Positions 20,677 to 30,336 of a stretch of 64,000 nt of DNA are shown one piece after another; position 1 is the stretch's first letter, and each line of letters opens with the position of its first letter. A model generated the notes under the pieces. It made no database searches and was not told the origin of the DNA. It was given only the letters and a program-made list of their open reading frames with translations. Origin of the DNA: Desulfatiglandales bacterium (GTDB lineage: Bacteria > Desulfobacterota > DSM-4660 > Desulfatiglandales > Desulfatiglandaceae); NCBI GenBank assembly GCA_963662465.1, contig OY759599.1, forward strand, positions 3,616,001 through 3,680,000, in the 5' to 3' direction. A program made the position numbers and the translations under genes.

Positions 20677-21208
20677 AATCATTTTGTTTCAGGATCGAAA
20701 AATACGCAGGATATGGCTCGAAGATGATTGGCACTTTTCTGTTATTGATATTGTCGGGATTCTGACTGATTCTACAAACCCTCGTGATTATTGGTACAAA
20801 ATGAAAATTCGTGTTAAGGCTGAAGATGGTTTTGAACCGTCGACAGTCTGTCGACAGTTCAAGATGGAAGCGCCTGACGGCAAACAGAGGAAAACGGACT
20901 GTGCCAATACAGAAGGAATTTTACGCATAATCCAATCTATCCCATCGCCAAAAGCCGAACCTTTCAAACGCTGGTTGGCAAAAGTGGGCTATGAGCGAGT
21001 AGGCGAAAAAGTAACCACGGAAATATCAGAGCAGGAAAAACCAGACACTTTTACCGACAATAAAAAAGTCGCTAAGCGTGGCGGCGCCGTTGCGGGTAAT
21101 GCTAGAAAAGACACGGAAAAAGAATTGGGAAGAAGTATTGTTTCTGAAGAAAATTATTTGTCGGATCAATTACCTAATAATAGGCAAAATAAGCTGAGCA
21201 ACAAGTGA
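20660..21208 (+). CDS. Bro-N domain (antirepressor-like) protein, apparently internally deleted
   Basis: FSVIDIVGILT, MEAPDGKQRKTD, RIIQSIPSPKAEPFKRWLA, then directly TTEIS...GGAVAGNAR; lower GC than flanks. Confidence 0.8.
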   Translation: MEQSNKIILFQDRKIRRIWLEDDWHFSVIDIVGILTDSTNPRDYWYKMKIRVKAEDGFEPSTVCRQFKMEAPDGKQRKTDCANTEGILRIIQSIPSPKAEPFKRWLAKVGYERVGEKVTTEISEQEKPDTFTDNKKVAKRGGAVAGNARKDTEKELGRSIVSEENYLSDQLPNNRQNKLSNK

Positions 21209-21242
21209 ACGCTACGAAGCTGAGCAACAAGTGAACGCTACG
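21191..21242. repeat. Perfect 26-bp tandem duplication
   Basis: AAGCTGAGCAACAAGTGAACGCTACG x2 across the Bro-N stop codon. Confidence 0.95.
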
Positions 21243-21255
21243 ATTATGAACTTGC

Positions 21256-21325
21256 CTGGTTTCCATACTCCGGTGTGGGCGCCCATAGATATGTACGCAT
21301 TCCCACGCTAGAGCGTGGGAACGAG
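21256..21325. repeat. REP-like palindromic element (one intact and one degenerate unit)
   Basis: GCATTCCCACGCTAGAGCGTGGGAACGAG palindrome with a degenerate inverted partner CTGGTTTCCATACTCCGGTGTGGG. Confidence 0.65.
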
Positions 21326-21360
21326 AAAAGCTAACGGCTAAAATCTCAGGAATAACAACC

Positions 21361-22815
21361 ATGGAATACGATGCCATTATTTGCTTTGAAACACACGTTG
21401 AACTGAAAACCAAAACGAAACTGTTCTGCGGTTGCCGGGTGGCTTACGACATCCCTCCCAACACCGAAATCTGTCCGGTTTGTACGGGACAACCGGGCGC
21501 CCTTCCCGTTCTCAACAAAAAGGCCGTGGAATACGCCGTTCGTGCGGGCCTGGCCCTTGATTGCAGCATCAACCGGCGATCGCGGTTTGCCCGAAAGAAC
21601 TATTTCTATCCCGATTTGCCCAAAGGGTATCAAATCTCCCAGTATGAACTGCCCTTTTGTGAAAACGGGCATCTTGAAATCACGGGAGACGATGGAAAGC
21701 CCTACCCCGTCGGCATCAAACGAATTCATTTGGAGGAGGATGCCGGGAAACTGGTGCATTCATCTGATTCCTTTGACGACGCCGACTACAGCCTGGTGGA
21801 CTATAATCGCAGCAGCGTACCGCTCCTTGAGATCGTGGGAGACCATGAACGAAATCCCCTACGTTCCATTCCGGAAGCCCGGGCTTATCTGGATAAGTTG
21901 AAACAGATTCTCCGATACATCGGCATCAGCGACTGCAAAATGGAAAAGGGACAGCTTCGTTGCGACGTAAACCTCTCCATGCGCCCCGTGGGGAGCCGAG
22001 AATTCGGCAACCGGACCGAAGTCAAAAACATGTCCTCCTTCCGATTCATGATGGAAGCGCTGGAATACGAAATGAAGCGGCAGGTGGAAATCCTGGAATC
22101 CGGCGGCGCCATTGACCAGGAAACCCTCCTTTTTGATGAAATAAAACGCATCACCCGTCCCATGCGAAGCAAGGAAAATGCTCCGGACTATCGCTATTTC
22201 CCAGACCCGGACCTGCTGGAGGTAAATCTCGAAGCCCCATTTATTCAAGACATTGAAAAGGCGCTGCCTGAACTGCCGCACCAGAGGATCAAGCGGATCA
22301 TGGATGAACATGGCATTCCCAAGGACGATGCCTTGATCCTGACCAAGGACAAAGGGACATCGGACTATTTTTCCGCCTGCGTTCCCCATTGCCGGAATAC
22401 CAGGAAGCTGAGTCATTGGATCATCAAGGAGCTTTTCCGCCTTCTCAAAGAAGCATCCCGCACCATGGAAGAATGTCCGGTCCAACCGAAAGACTGCGCA
22501 CAACTGGTCAACCTGGTGGATCAAGGAGAAGTAACCCCTGGAATCGGCAGAGAAATCCTGGACGACATGTTTAAGACCGGACAAGATCCCAAAACCATCA
22601 TTGATCAAAAGGGTTTGAAACCCATCCAGGACGACGACCGGCTGGAAACCTTTCTGGATGAAGCCATAAACGAAAATCCCAAGGTGGTTTCCCAAATCAA
22701 GGAAGGGAATCTAAAACCCATTGACTTTCTGGTGGGTCAGGTCATGAGAAAAAGCAAAGGCAAAGCCAATCCCAAGTCGGTCATCCAATTGATTCACCGG
22801 AAGCTGGACGTATAA
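21361..22815 (+). CDS. gatB: Asp/Glu-tRNA amidotransferase subunit B
   Basis: ETHVELKTKTKLFC, RKNYFYPDLPKGYQISQ, HLEEDAGK, DYRYFPDPDL. Confidence 0.97.
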   Translation: MEYDAIICFETHVELKTKTKLFCGCRVAYDIPPNTEICPVCTGQPGALPVLNKKAVEYAVRAGLALDCSINRRSRFARKNYFYPDLPKGYQISQYELPFCENGHLEITGDDGKPYPVGIKRIHLEEDAGKLVHSSDSFDDADYSLVDYNRSSVPLLEIVGDHERNPLRSIPEARAYLDKLKQILRYIGISDCKMEKGQLRCDVNLSMRPVGSREFGNRTEVKNMSSFRFMMEALEYEMKRQVEILESGGAIDQETLLFDEIKRITRPMRSKENAPDYRYFPDPDLLEVNLEAPFIQDIEKALPELPHQRIKRIMDEHGIPKDDALILTKDKGTSDYFSACVPHCRNTRKLSHWIIKELFRLLKEASRTMEECPVQPKDCAQLVNLVDQGEVTPGIGREILDDMFKTGQDPKTIIDQKGLKPIQDDDRLETFLDEAINENPKVVSQIKEGNLKPIDFLVGQVMRKSKGKANPKSVIQLIHRKLDV

Positions 22816-22847
22816 AACGGTTTACAGTTACCGGTTCACGGTTGAAA

Positions 22848-23762
22848 ATGCGAAACCCCCGCCCCAACCGAGCCCTTTCCAAGACCATCAGATATGGGGG
22901 CTATCTCCTTATCCTTCTCTTCATGGTGTTAACAAACGCCTGCATCGACAAGGATGAAATTCTCCGGGAAGGCGCCCGCATCAGTATTCCCGGGGACGAC
23001 ATCGTAATGTCCGGCATTCTCTATAGCCCCGATGATCCCGGCAAAAGTGATCCTGCCATCGTGGTTCTCCATGGCTGGCTGGAGCCCGAGGAAAACGGCG
23101 CGGAAATCGTCAGCATCGTGGCCTGGCACCTGGCCAGGGAAGGTTATGTAACACTGGCCCTTTCCATGCGTGGATGGCCCGACACGGGGGACAAAGACGA
23201 TTGCGGTGGAAAACAACCCGTTGATGTAGTCGAGGCGGTCCGGTGGCTTTCCCGACAACCCGGCGTCAATCCCAACCGCATCGGTCTGCTGGGGTTTTCC
23301 CAAGGGGGACAGGTAGCCCTTCTAGCAGCAGCCCTTACCCGGGAAATCAAAGCCGTTGTGGCCTTTTTTCCCGTCGCCGATCTTAACCGCTGGGCCCAAA
23401 CCACCCAAACCCCAGGCATCAAAGAGGGATATATTCCCAACGTCTGCGCCAAAGGACTGGGATTGAAAGCGAAATCCCCCATAACCGCTGCCTGCGCCAT
23501 TGACGCACCCACATTGCTGATCCACGGGGACCAAGACACGCGGGTTCCCATGGATCAGAGCCTCGAAATGGCAAAAGTCATGCTGGATTGCGGCGGAAAG
23601 GTTCAGCTTCAACTGGTTAAGGGTGGCGAACATATGCTCAAGAAAGGGCACGAGGGATGGATTGAGGCTTGGGAGCAAGCAAAAGCGTTCTTAGGAGAAC
23701 ACCTCAAACAAATGCCGCCTCAAAAACCGATAAAAGCTGATGGTAAGGGAGCGGACAGGTGA
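22848..23762 (+). CDS. Exported alpha/beta hydrolase (S9 peptidase/esterase-like)
   Basis: N-terminal hydrophobic segment with possible lipobox (TNAC), VVLHG, GFSQGG nucleophile elbow, IHGDQDTRVP, GGEH; start uncertain. Confidence 0.85.
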   Translation: MRNPRPNRALSKTIRYGGYLLILLFMVLTNACIDKDEILREGARISIPGDDIVMSGILYSPDDPGKSDPAIVVLHGWLEPEENGAEIVSIVAWHLAREGYVTLALSMRGWPDTGDKDDCGGKQPVDVVEAVRWLSRQPGVNPNRIGLLGFSQGGQVALLAAALTREIKAVVAFFPVADLNRWAQTTQTPGIKEGYIPNVCAKGLGLKAKSPITAACAIDAPTLLIHGDQDTRVPMDQSLEMAKVMLDCGGKVQLQLVKGGEHMLKKGHEGWIEAWEQAKAFLGEHLKQMPPQKPIKADGKGADR

Positions 23763-23773
23763 AGTGCCGCATT

Positions 23774-24700
23774 TCATGAGGATGCGACGTTGGCCATCCG
23801 GTCCAATACCAGAACCACCAAAAAACCAACCCCCACCAGGCAAAGCGCGTAACCCACCTCCAGGCTCCATTGGGTGGGAAGGATATTGTGTTGGACAAGG
23901 GGTACGACCTTTCCCCCACTGCCCACGAAACTTTCCACGGTTTCCTTAAAGGGCCAGATCTTTCGCAGGGACCCCAGCATCAATCCAGTCAGGAAAGCCA
24001 CCATATAATCGTGGTATTTTGTCAGCAACCAGCCCAACAGGCGGGAAAAAAGGGCGAGACCCACGCATGCCCCCGCCGCCACAATCAAAAGGACCAGCAG
24101 GTTCCTTTCATTGACCGCGTTAAGGATATACTGATATTTTCCCATCAGCACCAGGATAAAAGAACCGGAAATACCAGGCAGAATCATGGCGCAAATGGCA
24201 ACGGCCCCGGAGATAAAAAGGAACCACGGATCATTGGGCGTGGCGCCGGGCATTAATCCCACCAGGACATAAATGCCCACCAGTCCGCCCAGCAAACTGC
24301 ACCAGGTAAGGGGCTTCCAGATTTTAACCCGCTTTACGACCGTCAATACCGAAGCCAGAATCAACCCGAGAAAAAAAGACCAGATCAGCACGGGCCGGTT
24401 CTCAAGCAACCAGGACAAGACTTTTGAAAGACTGAAAATCGCCAGGAGAATGCCGCATCCCAGCGCCAGAAGAAAAGGCCATTTTGTACGGTTCAAGAGG
24501 TCCCGAATTCTAAGGGTCGCCATCAACTTGAGACTTTCCAAATCAAAGGACCGTATGGCATTGATGAGTTCTTCGTAAATACCCAGGATAAATGCCATGG
24601 TGCCGCCGGAAACGCCCGGCACCACATCCGCCGCGCCCATGCAGAACCCCTTGGCGGTCAGGAGCAGATAATCCCTGAAAGATCTGTCGTCAGATTGCAT
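23774..24700 (-). CDS. DUF368 family membrane protein (undecaprenyl-phosphate translocase family)
   Basis: MGAADVVPGVSGGTMAFILGIY and AMILPGISGS repeats. Confidence 0.9.
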   Translation of the reverse strand: MQSDDRSFRDYLLLTAKGFCMGAADVVPGVSGGTMAFILGIYEELINAIRSFDLESLKLMATLRIRDLLNRTKWPFLLALGCGILLAIFSLSKVLSWLLENRPVLIWSFFLGLILASVLTVVKRVKIWKPLTWCSLLGGLVGIYVLVGLMPGATPNDPWFLFISGAVAICAMILPGISGSFILVLMGKYQYILNAVNERNLLVLLIVAAGACVGLALFSRLLGWLLTKYHDYMVAFLTGLMLGSLRKIWPFKETVESFVGSGGKVVPLVQHNILPTQWSLEVGYALCLVGVGFLVVLVLDRMANVASS

Positions 24701-24739
24701 TATATTTCCAAATTCAAAAGTTGTCCGGTTTTCCCGGGA

Positions 24740-25543
24740 TCAGGAAAGGATGAGGGTCAAGGCGCCCACGACCCAGCAATAGGGCGCAAAATAATAAAAA
24801 TGTCCCTTCTTGACCATGCCCATCAGCAGTTTCAAAGCAAAAAAGCCCACCACTGCCGATGAAACAAAGCCCACCGTCAGGGGCATCACACCGACCCTCG
24901 CGATGGCATCCGTCTCCAACTGGAGACCTACGGCCCCGATAATGGCCGGAATAGAGAGCAAAAAAGAGAACCGGCCCGCGGTTTCCCGCTTCAATCCCAG
25001 CAGAAGGGCGCATACAATGGTGGACCCTGAACGGGAAATACCGGGAATTATCGCCAACCCCTGAACGGTCCCAATAGCAAGGGCCATCCAGACCCCCACC
25101 TGATCCCATTTGCCGTGGTTTTGGGAAATGAATTTGGTAACCCCCACAATCAAACCGGTCGCCAACAGCATAACCCCCACGGTGGCGACCGAGCCAAACA
25201 GCGCCTCAAGAGGATCCTTGAAAATCAGACCGATGAAAGCCGTGGGGATGGACCCCACCACCACCATCAATGCGAGCAAAGCATGAGACCCAAGCCCAGC
25301 CCCGCTCTTACTTCCCGGCGTCAGCCAGGCCCACAGTTCCTGAATCATTTTTTTGAGATCCGACCGAAAATAAATACATACGGCCAACAAGGTTCCCAGA
25401 TGCAGGGAAGCGTCCAAGAGAATTTCAGGCTCCTTGAAACCCAGCAGATTCTCAAATATGACCAAATGACCCGAACTGCTGACCGGCAGGAACTCCGTCA
25501 ACCCCTGAACAACCCCCAGGAATATGGTTTCAAGATTGGTCAT
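24740..25543 (-). CDS. uppP: Undecaprenyl-diphosphate phosphatase
   Basis: QGLTEFLPVSSSGHL and PGISRSGST motifs. Confidence 0.97.
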   Translation of the reverse strand: MTNLETIFLGVVQGLTEFLPVSSSGHLVIFENLLGFKEPEILLDASLHLGTLLAVCIYFRSDLKKMIQELWAWLTPGSKSGAGLGSHALLALMVVVGSIPTAFIGLIFKDPLEALFGSVATVGVMLLATGLIVGVTKFISQNHGKWDQVGVWMALAIGTVQGLAIIPGISRSGSTIVCALLLGLKRETAGRFSFLLSIPAIIGAVGLQLETDAIARVGVMPLTVGFVSSAVVGFFALKLLMGMVKKGHFYYFAPYCWVVGALTLILS

Positions 25544-25723
25544 TAAATCATCTCCTTGGCTTTATGAATACACTGCAAAAACGAATAAAATTAGCGATTA
25601 CTATGTTATTATAAGGCCTTACTGGTATTGTCAACTGATTTATGAAACCGATGTTGAATTATGGGGCCGAAGCTGTTAGGCTGTCTTCAATATCTCATTC
25701 ATTCACAAGGAGGGTCAAAAAGA

Positions 25724-26233
25724 ATGGTTATCGCGAATATACTGGTGGGCCTTGCACTCTTAATCCTTGGCAAAAAACTCTTCTGGCTCTTTGTAGGCGC
25801 CATCGGCTTCATCGGCGCAAGCGATATGGCCACCCGGTATTTCAGCGGTTTGCCCGATTGGCAAATTCTGATTATCGCCCTTGCAGCAGGGCTCCTGGGC
25901 ACTTTGCTGGCCGTCTTTTTTCAAAAAGCAGCCATCCTTCTGGTGGGGTTTTATGCCGGAGGATACCTGGTAGTTTCCCTGTTCAGCATGCTGAGCATGG
26001 CGCCGCCACCTGCCCTGCCCTTTATACCGTTCGTTGTCGGCGGTATTCTGGGCGCCGTATCGCTGTATCTCCTTTTCGACTGGACACTCATTGTTCTGTC
26101 GTCTTTTGCCGGCGCCGCCTATATTTCCCAAACAATTCAAACGAGTGCCGTCTCTTCCGAAATACTCCTGGCGGCGCTGTTTCCGGCAGGGGTCATCATT
26201 CAGGGCATCATGCTGAAAAAGGGAAAAACTTGA
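25724..26233 (+). CDS. Multi-pass membrane protein (DUF4203-like)
   Basis: AAGGAGG RBS before ATG 25724; about 6-7 hydrophobic helices, SSFAGA motif. Confidence 0.7.
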   Translation: MVIANILVGLALLILGKKLFWLFVGAIGFIGASDMATRYFSGLPDWQILIIALAAGLLGTLLAVFFQKAAILLVGFYAGGYLVVSLFSMLSMAPPPALPFIPFVVGGILGAVSLYLLFDWTLIVLSSFAGAAYISQTIQTSAVSSEILLAALFPAGVIIQGIMLKKGKT

Positions 26234-26458
26234 ACATGATTCCTGAAAAAATGGTTTGATTTTTAAAAAATATGCCACTACAATTTGGGCATTGGCAGCA
26301 TTTACCTGAAGCCCTGTTTCTCCGTTAATTGGAAACTCCGCAACCCTTGACATAACCTGAATCGTTTCCATCGTACCTGCGAAGGGAGATTTATGTCCTC
26401 AAAGCATTAAGCGTCTTTTCGTTTTTAAACCCTAAAAAAACCGCGAGGAGGTCTATTC

Positions 26459-27661
26459 ATGAAACGACTGGCAAAGGCAACATGTATTTTTTCAATTTTG
26501 GTGTTTCTGGGAACGATGGCAACAGGTCCCGTAATGGCGGAGGACAGCATCAAAGTGGGGGTGGTTCTTCCCCTGACCGGAAAACTGGCTAAATTCGGGG
26601 AAATTGAAAACAAGTCCTTCCTGATGGCCGTGGATGAGATCAATGCGGCAGGCGGCGTTAACGGAAAGAAAATCGAACTCATCATTGAAGATACCACCGG
26701 AAAACCGGACGTGGGCCGCTCGGCCATCGAAAAGCTCATCAGCCGGGACAAAGTCATCGTGTTGGGCGGCGGGTACTCCAGTTCCGTAACCTGGGCCACC
26801 GTCGCCGTAGCACAGCAGCGGAAAGTCCCCTTTCTGGTCAACACGGGCTCCGCCGACCGGATCACGGAACAGGGATGGCAATATATCTTCAGACTCAACC
26901 CCCCCGTGAGTGAATACCCCAAGGCCTTTGGCTCTTTTCTTGAAACCGTGGCCAAGGATGTTAAAACCGTTGTCATTCTTCATGAAAACTCACTTTTCGG
27001 TCAGTCGGGATCCAAGAAATTTGCAAAAACGTGCAAAGAAATGGGGCTTAAAGTTCTCATGAAAGAAGGATATGAAGCGGGCGCCATTGACTTCAAGCCT
27101 CTTCTCGTCAAGGTCAAGGACAAAAATCCGGACCTGGTCTACATGATCAGCTATATCATGGACGCATCTCTTCTCATGCGACAATCCAAGGAACTCAATT
27201 TTAACCCCAAACTTTTTGTGGGGGGAGCAGCCGGATTCACCCTGCCCGAATTCCGGAAAAATGCCGGGGCCGCCTCTGATTTTGTGTTCTCCGCAACCCT
27301 CTGGACCCCCTCCGTCCCCTACCCAGGCGCCAAGGAATACTATGACAAATTCGTAGCCAAATACAATACCCCCACCGAATACCATGGCGCCGAAGCCTAT
27401 GCCGCCATGTATGTACTGGCGGATGCTTTAAAACGGGCCAAGACGCTGACGCCCGAGGGCGTAAGAGAAGCCCTGGCCACAACCCATATGATGACCGCAT
27501 TCGGTCCTGTAAAATTCATTTCCTATGGGAAGATGACCCAGCAAAACAGTCTTCCCACCTTTCTCGTCCAATGGATCAACGGCAAGCTGGAAACGGTCTG
27601 GCCGAAAGACGTCTCTACCCATCAATACGTCTACCCAACACCCGAATGGAATAAGCGATAA
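26459..27661 (+). CDS. livK: Branched-chain amino acid-type ABC transporter substrate-binding protein
   Basis: Signal peptide, IKVGVVLPLTG, EINAAGGVNGKKIEL. Confidence 0.85.
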   Translation: MKRLAKATCIFSILVFLGTMATGPVMAEDSIKVGVVLPLTGKLAKFGEIENKSFLMAVDEINAAGGVNGKKIELIIEDTTGKPDVGRSAIEKLISRDKVIVLGGGYSSSVTWATVAVAQQRKVPFLVNTGSADRITEQGWQYIFRLNPPVSEYPKAFGSFLETVAKDVKTVVILHENSLFGQSGSKKFAKTCKEMGLKVLMKEGYEAGAIDFKPLLVKVKDKNPDLVYMISYIMDASLLMRQSKELNFNPKLFVGGAAGFTLPEFRKNAGAASDFVFSATLWTPSVPYPGAKEYYDKFVAKYNTPTEYHGAEAYAAMYVLADALKRAKTLTPEGVREALATTHMMTAFGPVKFISYGKMTQQNSLPTFLVQWINGKLETVWPKDVSTHQYVYPTPEWNKR

Positions 27662-27666
27662 AACAA

Positions 27667-27694
27667 ATAAGGGCGGGGGTTTTCCCGCCCTTAT
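27667..27694. terminator. Intercistronic hairpin after the binding-protein gene
   Basis: ATAAGGGCGGG-GGTTTT-CCCGCCCTTAT perfect 11-bp stem. Confidence 0.6.
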
Positions 27695-27715
27695 AAAACA
27701 AACACGGGGGAGATT

Positions 27716-28591
27716 ATGGAGGTTTTTCTGCAAACCCTGGTAGCCGGCATCCTTAAGGGCGGCCTTTACAGCCTGATCGGTATCGGAATGACTTTGATTA
27801 TGGGCGTCATGGGGATCATCAACCTGGCCCACGGGCAACTCATGATGGTGGCCATGTATGTGACCTTTGTGTGTTTTCACTATCTGGGAATCGACCCCTA
27901 CATCACATTGCTGGTCAGTATGCCGACGCTGTTTTTTTTGGGCATGGCCATTCAGAAATTCGCGCTTAATCCCCTGATGGAGGTCGAATCGATCCTTCCG
28001 GAAAACCAGGTGTTGATGACCGTGGGCGTCGGGATGGTGTTGACCGAAATCGCCCGGTTTATCTTTACATCGGATTATAAATCCGTGAGTACCAAATACA
28101 GTAACGCCACTTTCTTCATTGGGAATATTTCGTTCAGCGTCGCCCTGACCATCGCCTTTTTTATTGCCATCCTTTTCACCTTTTTGATGTTCTGGTTCCT
28201 GGTCAAAACGGACCTGGGCAGATCTATCCGAGCAACGGCCCAAGACAAGGACGCCGCCCTGTTAATGGGGGTCAATTCCAAGCGGATCACCACCATGACT
28301 TTCGGCATCGGTTCCGCACTGGTGGCCGCCGCCGGAACCCTGCTCATGCCCATCTACTATCTGTTTCCCGATATTGGCGGGCCATTTACCCGGAAGGCGT
28401 TCGTCATTACCATTCTGGGGGGCCTGGGTTCGACGGTGGGCGCTATTTTCGGCGGGGTGACCCTGGGATTGGCTGAGGCTTTCGGCGCCACTTATATTGG
28501 TATGGCCTTTGACGATATGGTCGGCCTCTTGATCTTCATACTGGTACTCCTCTTCCTGCCCGGCGGATTCAAACGACTAACCAAGATCTAA
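27716..28591 (+). CDS. livH: Liv-type ABC permease
   Basis: GIINLAHG, GRSIRATAQD, ILGGLGS. Confidence 0.9.
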   Translation: MEVFLQTLVAGILKGGLYSLIGIGMTLIMGVMGIINLAHGQLMMVAMYVTFVCFHYLGIDPYITLLVSMPTLFFLGMAIQKFALNPLMEVESILPENQVLMTVGVGMVLTEIARFIFTSDYKSVSTKYSNATFFIGNISFSVALTIAFFIAILFTFLMFWFLVKTDLGRSIRATAQDKDAALLMGVNSKRITTMTFGIGSALVAAAGTLLMPIYYLFPDIGGPFTRKAFVITILGGLGSTVGAIFGGVTLGLAEAFGATYIGMAFDDMVGLLIFILVLLFLPGGFKRLTKI

Positions 28592-28603
28592 GGAGAGCGA
28601 ACC

Positions 28604-29614
28604 ATGAGAAAAATTGCACCGTTAATTTTGCTCGCTGTCCTGCTGGTCTTCCCGCTTCTGGTTCGAGACCATTATTATCAGCACCTGATGATCCTGGTCC
28701 TCATGTGGGTCGTTATCGGGTCGGGATGGAATATTATCGCGGGGTATACGGGGCAGGTATCCTTTGGGGATGCGGCTTTTTTCGGTACCGGCGCCTATAC
28801 AGCGGGACTATTCGCCACCAAACTGGGGATCTCTCCCTGGTGGGGCATGGCTTTCGGCGGAGTAGCCGCCATGGCGGTGGCCTTCCCCTTCGGCTGGATT
28901 ACCTTTCGACTGAGAGGCGCTTATTTTGCGCTCGCCACCCTGGCCCTCAACGAAGTAATGCGGCATATCGCCACCATCTGGGAATCCCTCACGGACGGCA
29001 TGGTAGGCATCCTGATCATCCAGACATTTGTCAGCAAGGTCCCCTATTACTACATTGCGCTGGGGCTGGCCGTTGTATCCGTTCTGAGCATTCAGATCAT
29101 TATGGACTCCCGCTGGGGCTATTATTTTATTTCCATTCGGGAAGACCAGGACGCAGCGGAAAGTCTCGGCATCAATACCCACTACTACAAAATGGTCTCC
29201 TTGAATATCGCCGCTTTCCTCACCGGCATGGCCGGGGCGCTCTATATGAATTACATGGGATTTATCGATCCCGAAGTGGTGTTTTCCCTTCACGACATCT
29301 CCATCATGGCCATCCTGGTGGGTATTGTGGGCGGTGTCGGCACCATCTACGGTCCCGTCATCGGCGCCTTTCTCATGGTGGCCGTCCATGAGTTTTTCAG
29401 GACCGGCTTCTTCGGGTTCTTCAAGGGGCTTGCCGCCATAACAGGATCTAATGCCGTCACTGTTTTTGCCAAGTATGTGAGCCAAGCCCATGTCCTGGGG
29501 TTTGGCATTCTGGTGGTGCTGGTAATCCTTCTACTTCCCAACGGAATTGTGGGGGATTGGCACAAAATCATCTCAAAGCTGTCGCCTTTCAAAAGAAAGG
29601 AGGTCGTGAGTTGA
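28604..29614 (+). CDS. livM: Liv-type ABC permease
   Basis: WNIIAGYTGQVSFG, LRGAYFALATL, IREDQDAAESLGI. Confidence 0.9.
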   Translation: MRKIAPLILLAVLLVFPLLVRDHYYQHLMILVLMWVVIGSGWNIIAGYTGQVSFGDAAFFGTGAYTAGLFATKLGISPWWGMAFGGVAAMAVAFPFGWITFRLRGAYFALATLALNEVMRHIATIWESLTDGMVGILIIQTFVSKVPYYYIALGLAVVSVLSIQIIMDSRWGYYFISIREDQDAAESLGINTHYYKMVSLNIAAFLTGMAGALYMNYMGFIDPEVVFSLHDISIMAILVGIVGGVGTIYGPVIGAFLMVAVHEFFRTGFFGFFKGLAAITGSNAVTVFAKYVSQAHVLGFGILVVLVILLLPNGIVGDWHKIISKLSPFKRKEVVS

Positions 29615-30336
29615 GCTTTTTCAAGATACAGCATCTGGTAAAATATTTTGGAGGCCTGGCCGCCGTAAACGGTGTCAGTTTTGAAGTGAAACAGGGGGAA
29701 ATATTTGGTCTCATCGGGCCCAACGGCTCAGGCAAAACCACCCTGTTCAACATGATCAGCAATTTTCATCAGCCCACATCCGGGGGCATTTTTTTCAAGG
29801 ACCGGGAAATAACCGGTCTCAAAACCTACAAAATCTGTCGTCTGGGAATCGGCAGAACCTTTCAGGTAGTAAAGCCCCTGGGTCGAATGACGGTGGAAGA
29901 CAATGTCATTGCCGCTGCATTTTCGAGGGTCAAATCCAAACGCGGGGCCCGGGATCTGGCTTTGGAAACCCTTGAGTTCTGCGAATTGGCCCATCGAAAA
30001 AATGTACTGGCCAAAAGCCTTCCCATAGGGGAAAGGAAACGGCTGGAAATCACCCGGGCCATGGCCACCCGACCGCAGTTGCTGCTTCTGGACGAAACCG
30101 CTGCCGGGCTCAACCCTTCCGAAGTGGACGATGCCATCGAACTCATCAAAAAAATCCGTGAGAATGGCACCACCATCATCATCGTGGAGCATATCATGAA
30201 GGTGATCATGACTATTTCGGACCGAATTCACGCTATCAATTTCGGGCAGACCATAGCGGAAGGACCCCCTGGGGAAGTTGCCAACAACAAGAAAGTCATT
30301 GAAGCCTATCTCGGAGAGGAATATGCTCAAGGTTAA
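29611..30336 (+). CDS. livG: Liv-type ABC ATPase
   Basis: GPNGSGKTT, LLLLDE; TTG start at 29611 behind AAGGAGG. Confidence 0.9.
   Translation: MSFFKIQHLVKYFGGLAAVNGVSFEVKQGEIFGLIGPNGSGKTTLFNMISNFHQPTSGGIFFKDREITGLKTYKICRLGIGRTFQVVKPLGRMTVEDNVIAAAFSRVKSKRGARDLALETLEFCELAHRKNVLAKSLPIGERKRLEITRAMATRPQLLLLDETAAGLNPSEVDDAIELIKKIRENGTTIIIVEHIMKVIMTISDRIHAINFGQTIAEGPPGEVANNKKVIEAYLGEEYAQG

Noticed and set aside
21191..21242. CRISPR repeat
   Set aside because: Two directly adjacent copies, no spacer, no cas genes
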